DNA of 39,365 nt, taken from contig JAZDDZ010000022.1 of NCBI GenBank assembly GCA_043809245.1, positions 1 through 39,365 of the forward strand. Reading direction: 5' to 3'. Below, piece after piece: positions 30,259-39,313 of the stretch (its first letter is position 1; the number at the start of each line of letters is the position of its first letter). This DNA is from Candidatus Iainarchaeum sp. Its GTDB lineage: Archaea > Iainarchaeota > Iainarchaeia > Iainarchaeales > JAZDDZ01. A program made the translations under genes and the position numbers. A model generated the notes under the pieces. The model ran no database searches, was not told the DNA's origin, and was given only the letters and a program-made list of their open reading frames with translations.

Positions 30259-31314
30259 ATGCCGATAAAACCCAGAAAACCAATTCAGCCAATGCCTTCA
30301 ACCAAATCTTTTCCATTCAAAACAATCATAATACCCATAATCATCGCGGCAGTTCTTTTAATTGCATTGATTTCTTTTGGCGGAGAAGACAAAAGGCCTG
30401 TTTGCGTTCAACTCCAGGACTGGGTTGACACCCACGTAAAACCAGGGGAAAAAATCGCTGTAGACGAAGAAGTATACAAAATGTGCCCAATCGAGCATTA
30501 CATCACTGATTTGCCCGGATACACTCCATCCAAAGAACCAATTGACTTAAACATTGCCTTACGCGGCTCCCACACAATGTACGTCTGGATAGGGGAAGAA
30601 GAAGACCTAAACATGACAATAACAAAACAAGACAAAGACTGGTACAATGGGGCGGATGATTTGAATATTATAGTTTCCGGGCCGGGCAGAAAAGTTATTC
30701 TAACAGAAACAATACCGGACAACGGGATAGACACAAACTACAACTATGGAAAACCAACAATCTCAGAGAAACAAATGAAAAATCTCTACTTGGAAAATCC
30801 AGGAAAGGGGGTTTATAAAATTGAATTTTTACCAAGCAAAATGATGGATTTAGTTATCACCCAAATCAAAACACGCCAAACTAAAATGAGCTTTTTTCCC
30901 AAAATTTTTGATGCAGTTGCAAATAAAATATATTTCATTGGATTGAATGAATTTGATTTGAACATATCAACATGGTATATTAAATCACTTCAAACAGTAA
31001 CTTTAACGGATGGGCAAAATAAAATCGCTATTGATTTAAATGAAATAGATAAAAGTTTTACACAAAACCTCGGCCCAGGGAAATATTTTATTAATCTAAC
31101 TTTTCCAAATGTTATTTTAAATTCCGCACAAGCATTTTTTTCTTTTTCTGAAAAGGCTGTATTTTACCCGTTTAACATTTTTATTTTAAAGAAAGGATAT
31201 GCGCCAGATTATGGAGCAAATGTTTATATCTCTGGCAATTCCAGTTTACCGTACCGGACTTTAAAAATATTTACAGACTCAAAAAGTCGAGTGTTGATCT
31301 ACAAAGTTGATTGA
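30259..31314 (+). CDS. Membrane-anchored exported protein
   Basis: Basic Pro-rich N-terminus, single TM, beta-rich body. Confidence 0.7.
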   Translation: MPIKPRKPIQPMPSTKSFPFKTIIIPIIIAAVLLIALISFGGEDKRPVCVQLQDWVDTHVKPGEKIAVDEEVYKMCPIEHYITDLPGYTPSKEPIDLNIALRGSHTMYVWIGEEEDLNMTITKQDKDWYNGADDLNIIVSGPGRKVILTETIPDNGIDTNYNYGKPTISEKQMKNLYLENPGKGVYKIEFLPSKMMDLVITQIKTRQTKMSFFPKIFDAVANKIYFIGLNEFDLNISTWYIKSLQTVTLTDGQNKIAIDLNEIDKSFTQNLGPGKYFINLTFPNVILNSAQAFFSFSEKAVFYPFNIFILKKGYAPDYGANVYISGNSSLPYRTLKIFTDSKSRVLIYKVD

Positions 31315-31325
31315 TTGTGTAACCT

Positions 31326-32498
31326 ATGGCCAAAAGAATAATTGTTTTTGTTGGGCACTTTAAGCCAACAATTGGCGGAATAGAAACCTATGTTGATGAA
31401 CTCTTTAAAAGAATTGCAAAAAAAGCAGTAAAAGTAGATATAGTGACTTGCTATTCTGGTAAAATCAATCACTTTGAACATGCAAAGTACTTCGATATTT
31501 ATCGATTATCGTCATGGGATTTATTCGGGGTTTATCCAATTCCAAAACCAACACCGAGAAATTTCTCCCTCTTGTTTAAACTATTTAGAAATAAATACAG
31601 TTTGGTTAATACCCAGATAAGATTTTACCCAATCTCTTTTTTTGGATTATTTTTCGCTAAATTAAAAGGACTTCCATTAATCCACACAGAGCATCCGTCT
31701 CGTCATAGTGTTTTTTCAAACAAGTTTATTGAACTGTGTGGAAAACTATATGACCATAGTTTTGGTACTGTTCTTGTCAAATCGGCTAATTTAAACATCG
31801 GCATATCAAAACCCACTTGCGCATTTCTGAGACACATTGGAGCAAAAAATGTTACTTTGATATCAAATGGAGTCGATACTGATTCGTTTAATAAAAAAGT
31901 TTATTCTCCACGCAATAACAAACGTTTTTCTGCAGATTTTAAGTACATAACTTTTGTCGGAAGGCTGATTGAAGCAAAAGGAGTTCAAGATTTGCTAATT
32001 GTCTTTTCAGAGATTCTAAAAAAACGCCCAAGAATTAGATTACTAGTTGTTGGCGACGGCCCGTATAAGAAAGAGCTAGAAACTTTAGTGAAAGATAAAA
32101 AGATCTCAAACGTACTATTTTTGGGAAAAATGAATCAGAACGAAATAAAAGACATTTTAAACATTACTGATATTTTTGTTAATCCATCTTATTCCGAAGG
32201 GTTGCCAACAAGCGTTCTAGAAGCGGGGGCTATGGCTGTTCCAATAATCGCTACCACTACTGGGGGAACAAGCGAAATAATAGATGATGGGCTAAATGGC
32301 TTTCTAATTTCGCCAAAAGATAGGCCTAACATGTCGCATTATATTTTACTTTTATTAAAAAATGAGGATATTAGAAAAAAATTCGGTTTTGCGATCCGCA
32401 TCAAAATCAAAAGAAAATTCTCATGGAACACTGTTTCTAGCAGGTTTTATAATTGTTTAACCAACTTAATTGATGAGTATGAAAAGACAAACTATTGA
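31326..32498 (+). CDS. Glycosyltransferase family 4
   Basis: GGIETYV, NGVD, FVGRL..KG, VGDGP, DIFVNPSYSEGLPTSVLEA. Confidence 0.95.
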   Translation: MAKRIIVFVGHFKPTIGGIETYVDELFKRIAKKAVKVDIVTCYSGKINHFEHAKYFDIYRLSSWDLFGVYPIPKPTPRNFSLLFKLFRNKYSLVNTQIRFYPISFFGLFFAKLKGLPLIHTEHPSRHSVFSNKFIELCGKLYDHSFGTVLVKSANLNIGISKPTCAFLRHIGAKNVTLISNGVDTDSFNKKVYSPRNNKRFSADFKYITFVGRLIEAKGVQDLLIVFSEILKKRPRIRLLVVGDGPYKKELETLVKDKKISNVLFLGKMNQNEIKDILNITDIFVNPSYSEGLPTSVLEAGAMAVPIIATTTGGTSEIIDDGLNGFLISPKDRPNMSHYILLLLKNEDIRKKFGFAIRIKIKRKFSWNTVSSRFYNCLTNLIDEYEKTNY

Positions 32499-34458
32499 TG
32501 TTGTATTATTCTGCTATTTGCTAGTATTGCTTTCTTTTTTTAAGCTGGCTAATATCCCGGAGTTAGCCGCAGCAGTTTTCGTTGTTCCAACCTTTTTAAT
32601 CTTCCCGTATTTGACAGGAAAATATATTCTGATATTCGCAAGAAATACTTTTCTTAAAGTGACGAAGGAAGGGATCGTTTCTGAAATTACCCTTTTTTGG
32701 CTTTTTGGCACATCAGCAATATTTCTCGCATCATTCTTTTTTTCACTTTTGGGAATTTTTAATGTTTACTATGTAGGAATACTTTTGTTAGTAATTGTCG
32801 CATCGTCAATTTTTATTAACCGACGTTTTACAATTATATCCCGTTCAACTGATTACGATAAAGTTGCATACCCAAAAAATGCCATATTAAAGAGAAATAG
32901 GTTAGTTGCAGGAGTATCTATTTTAATTTTGGGACTTGTAAAAGCAATATATATCAGATCATTTTCAGCTTTTCCTTTGCAACCAGCTTTGGACCCCTTT
33001 TCGCATATGATTATAATTACTGGGATTGAATTAGGCAAATTTAGTATTTTTCTTAGTAGTTATTCATCGTCTTTTTTAGTAAATGCATACCTTCCGATTT
33101 ATCACTTATTATTTGCAAGCGTTCAATCGTTATTTGGAGCTAACTCGATTTCGATTTTTTGGATGATGCCTTTTTTAATGCTCCCTTTGTTCGGAATTGG
33201 CATTTTTTTACTGTCCTTCAAAGTTAGCAAGAATTTAAATTTGGCCTTTCTTTCTGCCGTCTTTGGACTCATATTTATTGAATATGGGCGATTAACCAAT
33301 GTTTGGGTTTTTTTGCCAAGCACAGTAGTTATGTTGCTAGCCCCTTTTTATCTCTATGTCCTGATTGATAAAAAAATAACTAAAGATTCCTTGCTATTGT
33401 GGCTTGTGCCTAGTTTGATAATTATATCATTTAGTTTCTTTACGGGGACTATTTTAGCAATTTGTGGTCTTTTTGTGCTTTTTTTTAATAAATATTATTA
33501 CAAGAGCGATAGTAAATTAGCAGCGCATATTTCTATTCTAGCTATTTGTATTGCGGGTTTTCTCTTTATAGAATATTTAGACATTTTTAGATTAGAAAAC
33601 TTACTGTCGTTCAGTTGGTTCAACACGGATCCAACTACAGACTATTTATTAAATTTCGATTCAAAACTTGAACAACTGAATCTGATGTTTAATGGGATTA
33701 TCTTTTTATTAGCTTTTATCGGGGCTGTTTTGTCTTTCTTCTCAAATAAGGCAAAAATTGAACTGTTAGGAATATTATTTATATTTTTGACTTTTTTATA
33801 TTTTCTTCCGGCATCTTTTTCTATGAGGGCAGGTGAATTTTTACATATTCTCGTGGCGTTTTTTGGCGCGTATGTAATTTCAAAAGTTATTAAGATGGAC
33901 ATATTTGTTTCTAAGAAATGGTCACAAATTTGTCTTATAACAATCGTAGTTGTTTTTTCTGTTATAGTATTGGTTTCTCTTTCTTCATCTTATTTTAGCA
34001 TGTTTTCCTCTTGGAATTACTATGACGATTCGGCGACTTCATTTTCATATTTTGAGAAAGATATGGGTGGTTGGTTAGAAAATAATACTGCTTTGAACAC
34101 AATCATTGTAAGTGAACCAGAAACCCAAAATATACTGGGGGGCTTCTCAAATAGAGAAACCATAAAGGGGCCTTATATGTCGGTTACTGAACAAATACTT
34201 CTTAAAGAAGCTATTTTAACAGGTGATGCAAATCGGTCCAATTATTTAATTAAAAGTCTTGTAAAGGACGGTGAAAGTATTGTGGTAATAGTTAGCGGGC
34301 GAGTTTTTTGGTGGGCAAATCAAAATAATCGATTTACTCCGGTCTACGGCCCACATAAATTTGAAATGTTTGATGGATTTTCAAAATTTTATGATGAAGA
34401 TTACTTTGAGTTTTTACATGATGAAAACAAAGAAATTTATGCTTTTAAATTGAAATAA
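32479..34458 (+). CDS. GT-C-like polytopic membrane protein
   Basis: ~14 TM, DPFSH loop motif, C-terminal WL..NT..N.IIVS domain. Confidence 0.6.
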   Translation: MKRQTIDVVLFCYLLVLLSFFKLANIPELAAAVFVVPTFLIFPYLTGKYILIFARNTFLKVTKEGIVSEITLFWLFGTSAIFLASFFFSLLGIFNVYYVGILLLVIVASSIFINRRFTIISRSTDYDKVAYPKNAILKRNRLVAGVSILILGLVKAIYIRSFSAFPLQPALDPFSHMIIITGIELGKFSIFLSSYSSSFLVNAYLPIYHLLFASVQSLFGANSISIFWMMPFLMLPLFGIGIFLLSFKVSKNLNLAFLSAVFGLIFIEYGRLTNVWVFLPSTVVMLLAPFYLYVLIDKKITKDSLLLWLVPSLIIISFSFFTGTILAICGLFVLFFNKYYYKSDSKLAAHISILAICIAGFLFIEYLDIFRLENLLSFSWFNTDPTTDYLLNFDSKLEQLNLMFNGIIFLLAFIGAVLSFFSNKAKIELLGILFIFLTFLYFLPASFSMRAGEFLHILVAFFGAYVISKVIKMDIFVSKKWSQICLITIVVVFSVIVLVSLSSSYFSMFSSWNYYDDSATSFSYFEKDMGGWLENNTALNTIIVSEPETQNILGGFSNRETIKGPYMSVTEQILLKEAILTGDANRSNYLIKSLVKDGESIVVIVSGRVFWWANQNNRFTPVYGPHKFEMFDGFSKFYDEDYFEFLHDENKEIYAFKLK

Positions 34459-34462
34459 TTAT

Positions 34463-34527
34463 GTGATGTCCTCCCCGCCCTAAATGGCGGTCGCCCGCCA
34501 ATCAAGCGGGCTGGATTTCCCGCAAGC
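34463..34527 (-). mobile_element. IS200/IS605-like right-end remnant
   Basis: Minus strand GCGGGAAATCC..CCGCCATTTAGGGCGGGGAGGACATCAC; GC-rich with two hairpins in AT-rich DNA. Confidence 0.6.
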
Positions 34528-34741
34528 ATTTAATATTAGTCAATTGTGGGTTCAAATCCATTATGTCTGACCCTTTCACAATTGGCCTTTTATATGGCCC
34601 GAGTTCAAGAACTTCTTTAGGATTCTCAGCCAAAATAATTTTTATTACTTCTTTAAAATAAGGCCATCTTCCTTTGTAATAACTATCTTGAATCTCTAAC
34701 TTTTTGAACTCAGAAAATGTAATTGTTTGTATTTTTTTCAT
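34502..34741 (-). pseudogene. Truncated class I SAM-dependent methyltransferase-like gene
   Basis: NPKEVLELGP motif I; frame runs into the IS-like end after ~72 codons. Confidence 0.55.
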
Positions 34742-34743
34742 TT

Positions 34744-35706
34744 TTACTCCCTTGAATAATTGATTTCATCGATTTCGTGTTTTTTCATTTTGTATAGTAT
34801 TTGTTCTTGCACCATTCTGTTTGCCTTGATTGTGTCCGCGATTATTCCAAGGAGTGCCACTTGGAAGCCGATTATTATCAGGAATCCTGAGAGAATTGCT
34901 GTCGGCAGGTGTGGGCTAACCTGGCCTGTTGTTAAGTAATTCCGGATTACTGTTAAGCCGAGCATTAGCCCCAATAAGAATAGTGTTCCGCCGATTGCCA
35001 GGAACACTTTTAGTGGTTTGTATTGTGTGTAAGTTGTGATGATTGTCATTCCCGCTCTTTTGGCGTAGTTAAAGATGTTAGCGATTAGCCTGGATTTTCC
35101 CTGCCTTTTCCTGAACTCGCATGGAACCTGGACGATTTTCAGTTTTTTATAGTTTGCCTGGATTATTGTTTCCTGAACATAAGTGTAATCCGCTAACACG
35201 TTTAATTTCAAAGCAGCTTCTTTTGAGAAAGCCCTGTAACCAGATTGGGCGTCGTGAACAGGAAAACCGGAAACCCTTCTTGTAACCCAAGAGGATAAGG
35301 CGTTGCCGAGTTTTTTTCCAAAAGGCATGTGCGGCAAGGATGACACGTTTCTGTCGGTTAAAACAATGTCCGCTTTTTTATCCATTATTGGCTTGATTAT
35401 CCGCGGAATTTCCGCTTGATTGTATTGAAAATCAGCGTCAGTGTTGACAATGATGTCCGCACCCATCCTTAACGCTTCCTCCAAGCCATCACTAAAAGAA
35501 GGCGCCAAACCCTTGTTTCTGGTGTGATGAATTATCCTGTCAGCGCCTGCCTTTAATGCGACTTCAACAGTTTTATCAGAGCAACCGTCATCAATAACCA
35601 AAACCTCTACTTTGGCTATTCCCTCAATTTTTCTCGGAATTTCCTTTATAACCAAAGGCAAACTGTTTTCCTCATTATAGGCTGGAATCATTACAACTAA
35701 CTTCAA
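34744..35706 (-). CDS. GT2 polyprenol-phosphate glycosyltransferase (DPM1/AglJ-like) with 2 C-terminal TM
   Basis: IPAYNEE, IDDGCSD, NKGL, DADFQY, DAQSGYRA, RQGKS. Confidence 0.92.
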   Translation of the reverse strand: MKLVVMIPAYNEENSLPLVIKEIPRKIEGIAKVEVLVIDDGCSDKTVEVALKAGADRIIHHTRNKGLAPSFSDGLEEALRMGADIIVNTDADFQYNQAEIPRIIKPIMDKKADIVLTDRNVSSLPHMPFGKKLGNALSSWVTRRVSGFPVHDAQSGYRAFSKEAALKLNVLADYTYVQETIIQANYKKLKIVQVPCEFRKRQGKSRLIANIFNYAKRAGMTIITTYTQYKPLKVFLAIGGTLFLLGLMLGLTVIRNYLTTGQVSPHLPTAILSGFLIIIGFQVALLGIIADTIKANRMVQEQILYKMKKHEIDEINYSRE

Positions 35707-35767
35707 AAAACCGCCTTCATATCACAACTATTACATTACAAACTTCTTGTTAAATTAACTTTTTAAA

Positions 35768-35827
35768 CCAAAACTTCCCGGCTTCAAAGCCAGGCAAGCG
35801 GAAACCCAAAAACAGCGCTTAAAAAAA
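35768..35827. repeat. Copy 1 of a ~60-65-bp imperfect direct repeat
   Basis: CCAAAACTTCCCGGCTTCAAAGCCAGGCAAGCGGAAACCCAAAAACAGCGCTTAAAA matches 37105-37170. Confidence 0.9.
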
Positions 35828-35874
35828 CAGGAAATCCTGCAAACAATAAGCTTTCCTCCTGTAAATATTTTGCC

Positions 35875-36807
35875 TCACTTTTTCAGCGCATTCCCGTACT
35901 GTTTTTCAAACCTTTTTACAAGCAGCCTTGCAAGTGCTTCAGCACTGCTTTCATTGTCGCATTTTTTCAGAGCATTAAAGTATCGCTGCTTTTCTTTTGT
36001 TTTGATGTCAATCATTTGGTAGGCTGTTCTGCTCAAGAGGCGGTTCATTACAAGCCTGCCAATCCTGCCGTTGCCATCCTGGAACGGGTGGATTTTTTCA
36101 AGCTTCCAGTGAGCCCAAGCAGCCATCTCCAAGGGATGCAATTGCTTTTTGAGCTTGCCGTATTCTTGAAAGAACAGCTTTAAGTCCGTTAAAACAAGTC
36201 TTGCCGGTGTTGTTTCAAAGCTTGCGCCCCTAACTACATTGTCTTTTGTTTTGAGCTTTCCCGCGATAAATGGCTTTGTGTCTTTGAAGTAAATTTCATG
36301 CATTTTTAGCAATAGCCCCAAGGCAAATTTTTCGCTTGTTTCTTTTATGAATTTCAGCGCCCTTTGGGCTGATTTGGCTTCAAGCACATCCTCCAAAGGC
36401 TTGTTTGGGGCAATGTCTTCCCGCAGCAACAACTCAACTTCCCTTGGCGTTAAAGTGCTGCCTTCAATCGAATTGCTATTGTAGACAAACACATTCACAA
36501 AATTCTGGTCAAACTGCTCTTTTTCAGCCGGATTAAGCTTGGCATACCTTTCTTTGAATCCCTTGTTGATTTCATCTATTTTTTTTATTTCCCCGGGAAA
36601 CAAGTAGTGGTAGCCGAAAAGCTTCTGCTTTTCATCTTCAATTTCTTTCTTAAATTTGGCACTCAAAATTTCAAGCCTTGTTTTTGAGGGCTTTTCAGGC
36701 CCAAGGTATTTCCTAAACTGCCTCCTCTGCCCTTTCGCTATCCTGACATTCTCCACTAAGTAAAAATAGCTCTTTTTGCCCCTCTTCGATTCCACTAAAT
36801 AAACCAT
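35875..36807 (-). CDS. Fic family protein (class II, internal inhibitory motif)
   Basis: HPFQDGNGRIGR catalytic motif; SNSIEG inhibitory motif. Confidence 0.95.
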   Translation of the reverse strand: MVYLVESKRGKKSYFYLVENVRIAKGQRRQFRKYLGPEKPSKTRLEILSAKFKKEIEDEKQKLFGYHYLFPGEIKKIDEINKGFKERYAKLNPAEKEQFDQNFVNVFVYNSNSIEGSTLTPREVELLLREDIAPNKPLEDVLEAKSAQRALKFIKETSEKFALGLLLKMHEIYFKDTKPFIAGKLKTKDNVVRGASFETTPARLVLTDLKLFFQEYGKLKKQLHPLEMAAWAHWKLEKIHPFQDGNGRIGRLVMNRLLSRTAYQMIDIKTKEKQRYFNALKKCDNESSAEALARLLVKRFEKQYGNALKK

Positions 36808-36830
36808 AAACTTATGTTACTCAAAAATGC

Positions 36831-37103
36831 TTATAAAACTATGCGTAACACAACAAAAAGAGTATCATGCAAAGGGGCAGCCTGCCATTCCACTTTCTCC
36901 TTTTTGCCGTTTTCTTTGATTCTTTCCAGGGCATTCTTTAAATTGTCTTCTTCAAGGCCGTGCTTGATATCATGGATTAGGTGATTGAGCCCCCGGATTT
37001 TTTCTTCGCCTTCCGCGCTTATGCCGTGCATGAAGCTGATTGCGTTTCCTGTTTGGAAACATTGCTTGTTCACTGCTTCAATGCAATTCAGGGAAGAATT
37101 CAA
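36831..37103 (-). CDS. Hypothetical protein or gene fragment
   Basis: 90-aa open frame beginning at the repeat boundary with a TTG start; no motif. Confidence 0.3.
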   Translation of the reverse strand: MNSSLNCIEAVNKQCFQTGNAISFMHGISAEGEEKIRGLNHLIHDIKHGLEEDNLKNALERIKENGKKEKVEWQAAPLHDTLFVVLRIVL

Positions 37104-37104
37104 G

Positions 37105-37170
37105 CCAAAAACTTCCCGGCTTCAAAGCCAAGGCAAGCGGGAACGCCAAAAACAGCGCTTTAAAAAAAAG
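37105..37170. repeat. Copy 2 of the direct repeat, immediately 3' of tRNA-Ser
   Basis: CCAAAAACTTCCCGGCTTCAAAGCCAAGGCAAGCGGGAACGCCAAAAACAGCGCTTTAAAA. Confidence 0.9.
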
Positions 37171-37181
37171 GAAAAAAAAGG

Positions 37182-37265
37182 CGCGGGGGACGAGATTTGA
37201 ACTCGTGCGCCCTTTCGGGCAACAGCTTAGCAGGCTGCCGCGTTAAACCGCTCCGCCACCCCCGC
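37182..37265 (-). tRNA. tRNA-Ser(GCT)
   Basis: GCGGGGG acceptor, GCAGC-CT-GCT-AA-GCTGT anticodon arm, GCCC-GAAA-GGGC variable arm, GTTCAAATC T-loop, discriminator G. Confidence 0.95.
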
Positions 37266-37334
37266 ATTTAATGCTAAAAAACTGTGTTCGGAAACCTATT
37301 TAAAAGATAATCCAAGGAAAAAATTCCTGATTGC

Positions 37335-38180
37335 ATGGAATGGAATAAAACCAGGGCAATAGCCTGCGTGCTTATTCTGCTTGCATTAATTCTATTAGGC
37401 TGCACGCAGCAGGCAAATGCGCCGAACAACGATTCCCAGAAAATGGATGAAAACATCTCTGTTTACTTCCTTGACGTGAACCAAGGCGACTCAATCTTCA
37501 TTGATGCTAATTCAGGGAAAATGTTAATTGACTGCGGTGAAAAAGAAGCGGGAGAAAAGGTAAGCGGTTTTCTGCGTGACAAAAATGTTTTCGCGCTGGA
37601 CTTTCTTGTAATAACGCATCCCCACACAGACCATTTCGGCGGCTGCGCAGAGGTTCTGGAAAACTTTGATGTGAAAAAGGTTTTGGTGAACGGAGAGGAA
37701 AGTGAAAGCCAAGGCTATCTGCGGCTTCTGGGATTGGCTGAAGGAAATCGTTTGGTTGAAGCGCAAAAAGGCTTATCCGGCTCACTTGGAAAAGCGCAGT
37801 GGACTGTACTGCATTCAAATGAAGGCGATTCCGACCCCAACCAGAACTCAATTGTTTTAATGCTTTTATATGGCGGTGAAAAGTTTTTGTTCACAGGCGA
37901 CTGTGACAGGGAATGCGAAAACGCGCTGCTTAACGAAGAAATTGACTCCGATGTGCTGAAGGTTGCGCACCACTGCAGCCGCTACGGGACAACTGAAGCT
38001 TTCCTGCAAAAAGCAACGCCGCTTGTTGCAGTGATTCAGTCAGGCAAAGGAAACCCTTATGGTCATCCAAACGAGGAATGCATTTCACGGCTGGAGGAAG
38101 CCGGAGTGCAGGTACACAGGAATGATTTGGAGGGGGACATTGAAGTGAAAAGCGATGGCTTGCTAATTTTTGTAAACTAA
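37335..38180 (+). CDS. ComEC/Rec2-like metallo-beta-lactamase-fold lipoprotein
   Basis: LLGC lipobox; FLDVNQGDS, THPHTDH, FTGD, LKVAHH, NPYGHP. Confidence 0.9.
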   Translation: MEWNKTRAIACVLILLALILLGCTQQANAPNNDSQKMDENISVYFLDVNQGDSIFIDANSGKMLIDCGEKEAGEKVSGFLRDKNVFALDFLVITHPHTDHFGGCAEVLENFDVKKVLVNGEESESQGYLRLLGLAEGNRLVEAQKGLSGSLGKAQWTVLHSNEGDSDPNQNSIVLMLLYGGEKFLFTGDCDRECENALLNEEIDSDVLKVAHHCSRYGTTEAFLQKATPLVAVIQSGKGNPYGHPNEECISRLEEAGVQVHRNDLEGDIEVKSDGLLIFVN

Positions 38181-38194
38181 ACCAGTAGAAGAGG

Positions 38195-38845
38195 TTATTT
38201 TTTGTTGACGGGATTCGTTAAATCCAGCCTTAAGCTGACTGTTTCTCGTATGTATTCTTTGTCTGGTTCAAGGGAACCGTCTGGTTTTTCCAAAACGACC
38301 ATGGTTTTTCTTTGGTCTTGGACCAAGTTTTTTACAAAGCCTTTTTTGAGGTAGAATTCAACGGATTTGGGAATAGAATCCACTATTAAGAATCTGCAAC
38401 CGGTTTTTTCAGCGCTCTCCAAGGCCAAGCCAACAACGTATCTCAGCAAGGTTGTGCCAATTTTTTTCCCCTTAAATTCCTTTGAAACCGCGAGCTTTCC
38501 GATTTTAATTGCAGGAAAATCAAAATAACGAGAGGAAATGGCTAGGTCTTTTTTCTCGCCGGATGACACCCTTAACTTGTCATTCAAAATCGTGACAAAA
38601 CCAATAACTTTACCGGTTCCCTTGCTGACCGCAACATAAGTTACGTTGGCGTGCTCGACCTGTTGCCTTAAGGCATCCTCTTTAAGGAATGCATCAAGAT
38701 CCCTATCCGCTTCATCATCACCACAATTAAAGCCCGCCAAATCATGTAAACTGGAAAGCTTTTCAATTCCAAGCCATGCAAGCTCCTCCAAAAATTTAGT
38801 GAAACCAGCCTCGGAATCAGCGAAAAAAGCAGACAAAAAAATCAC
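38195..38845 (-). CDS. GNAT acetyltransferase (TacT/AtaT toxin-like)
   Basis: FNCGD...LDAFLK.DA, PAIKIGKLAV..FKGKKIG, LIVDS, FYLKKGF; start uncertain. Confidence 0.85.
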   Translation of the reverse strand: MIFLSAFFADSEAGFTKFLEELAWLGIEKLSSLHDLAGFNCGDDEADRDLDAFLKEDALRQQVEHANVTYVAVSKGTGKVIGFVTILNDKLRVSSGEKKDLAISSRYFDFPAIKIGKLAVSKEFKGKKIGTTLLRYVVGLALESAEKTGCRFLIVDSIPKSVEFYLKKGFVKNLVQDQRKTMVVLEKPDGSLEPDKEYIRETVSLRLDLTNPVNKK

Positions 38846-38848
38846 GGT

Positions 38849-38998
38849 TTACTCTTTGGAAAAAAACTTGTAAATAAACCTACTTTTATCTAATTCAACG
38901 GACTTCTTTTCGTCAAATTTTCTATTCTCAAGGCTAACCCAAAAGGCCTGCGCGTCCACGCCCTTAAGCACCGGTGTAGGTTCAATAGGTTTAGCCAT
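38849..38998 (-). CDS. 49-aa putative antitoxin of the GNAT toxin, not in ORF track
   Basis: MAKPIEPTPVLKGVDAQAFWVSLENRKFDEKKSVELDKSRFIYKFFSKE; GGTGA RBS; stop 3 nt before the GNAT GTG. Confidence 0.75.
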   Translation of the reverse strand: MAKPIEPTPVLKGVDAQAFWVSLENRKFDEKKSVELDKSRFIYKFFSKE

Positions 38999-39292
38999 AA
39001 AAAAAATCACCCCAAAAACAATAAGTAATATTCACTCCGAAAACATTTAATAACATTCGACAAACACAAAAAATACTGCCTATGCCGACTGTGTTAAATG
39101 CATTATCACCATTAAATAAATATTCTTTCTAATATAATAACGTGCTTGCTACATAATGATTAAAAGGACAAACGCCAAAAGAAATCAAGTAAAAAGTTGA
39201 AGTCTAAACCGCGCTTCCCATCGGCAGTAACTGCTAACGATTTTTGACTTCCTTTTGGTTATTTTGGCTAATAGATATGTTTAAACGCATAT

Positions 39293-39313
39293 TGTAGCTA
39301 CAAAGTAGCTACT
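39293..39313. promoter_or_regulatory. Twin palindromes abutting a start codon
   Basis: TGTAGCTACA (39293-39302) and AGTAGCTACT (39304-39313), downstream of TTTAAA. Confidence 0.6.
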
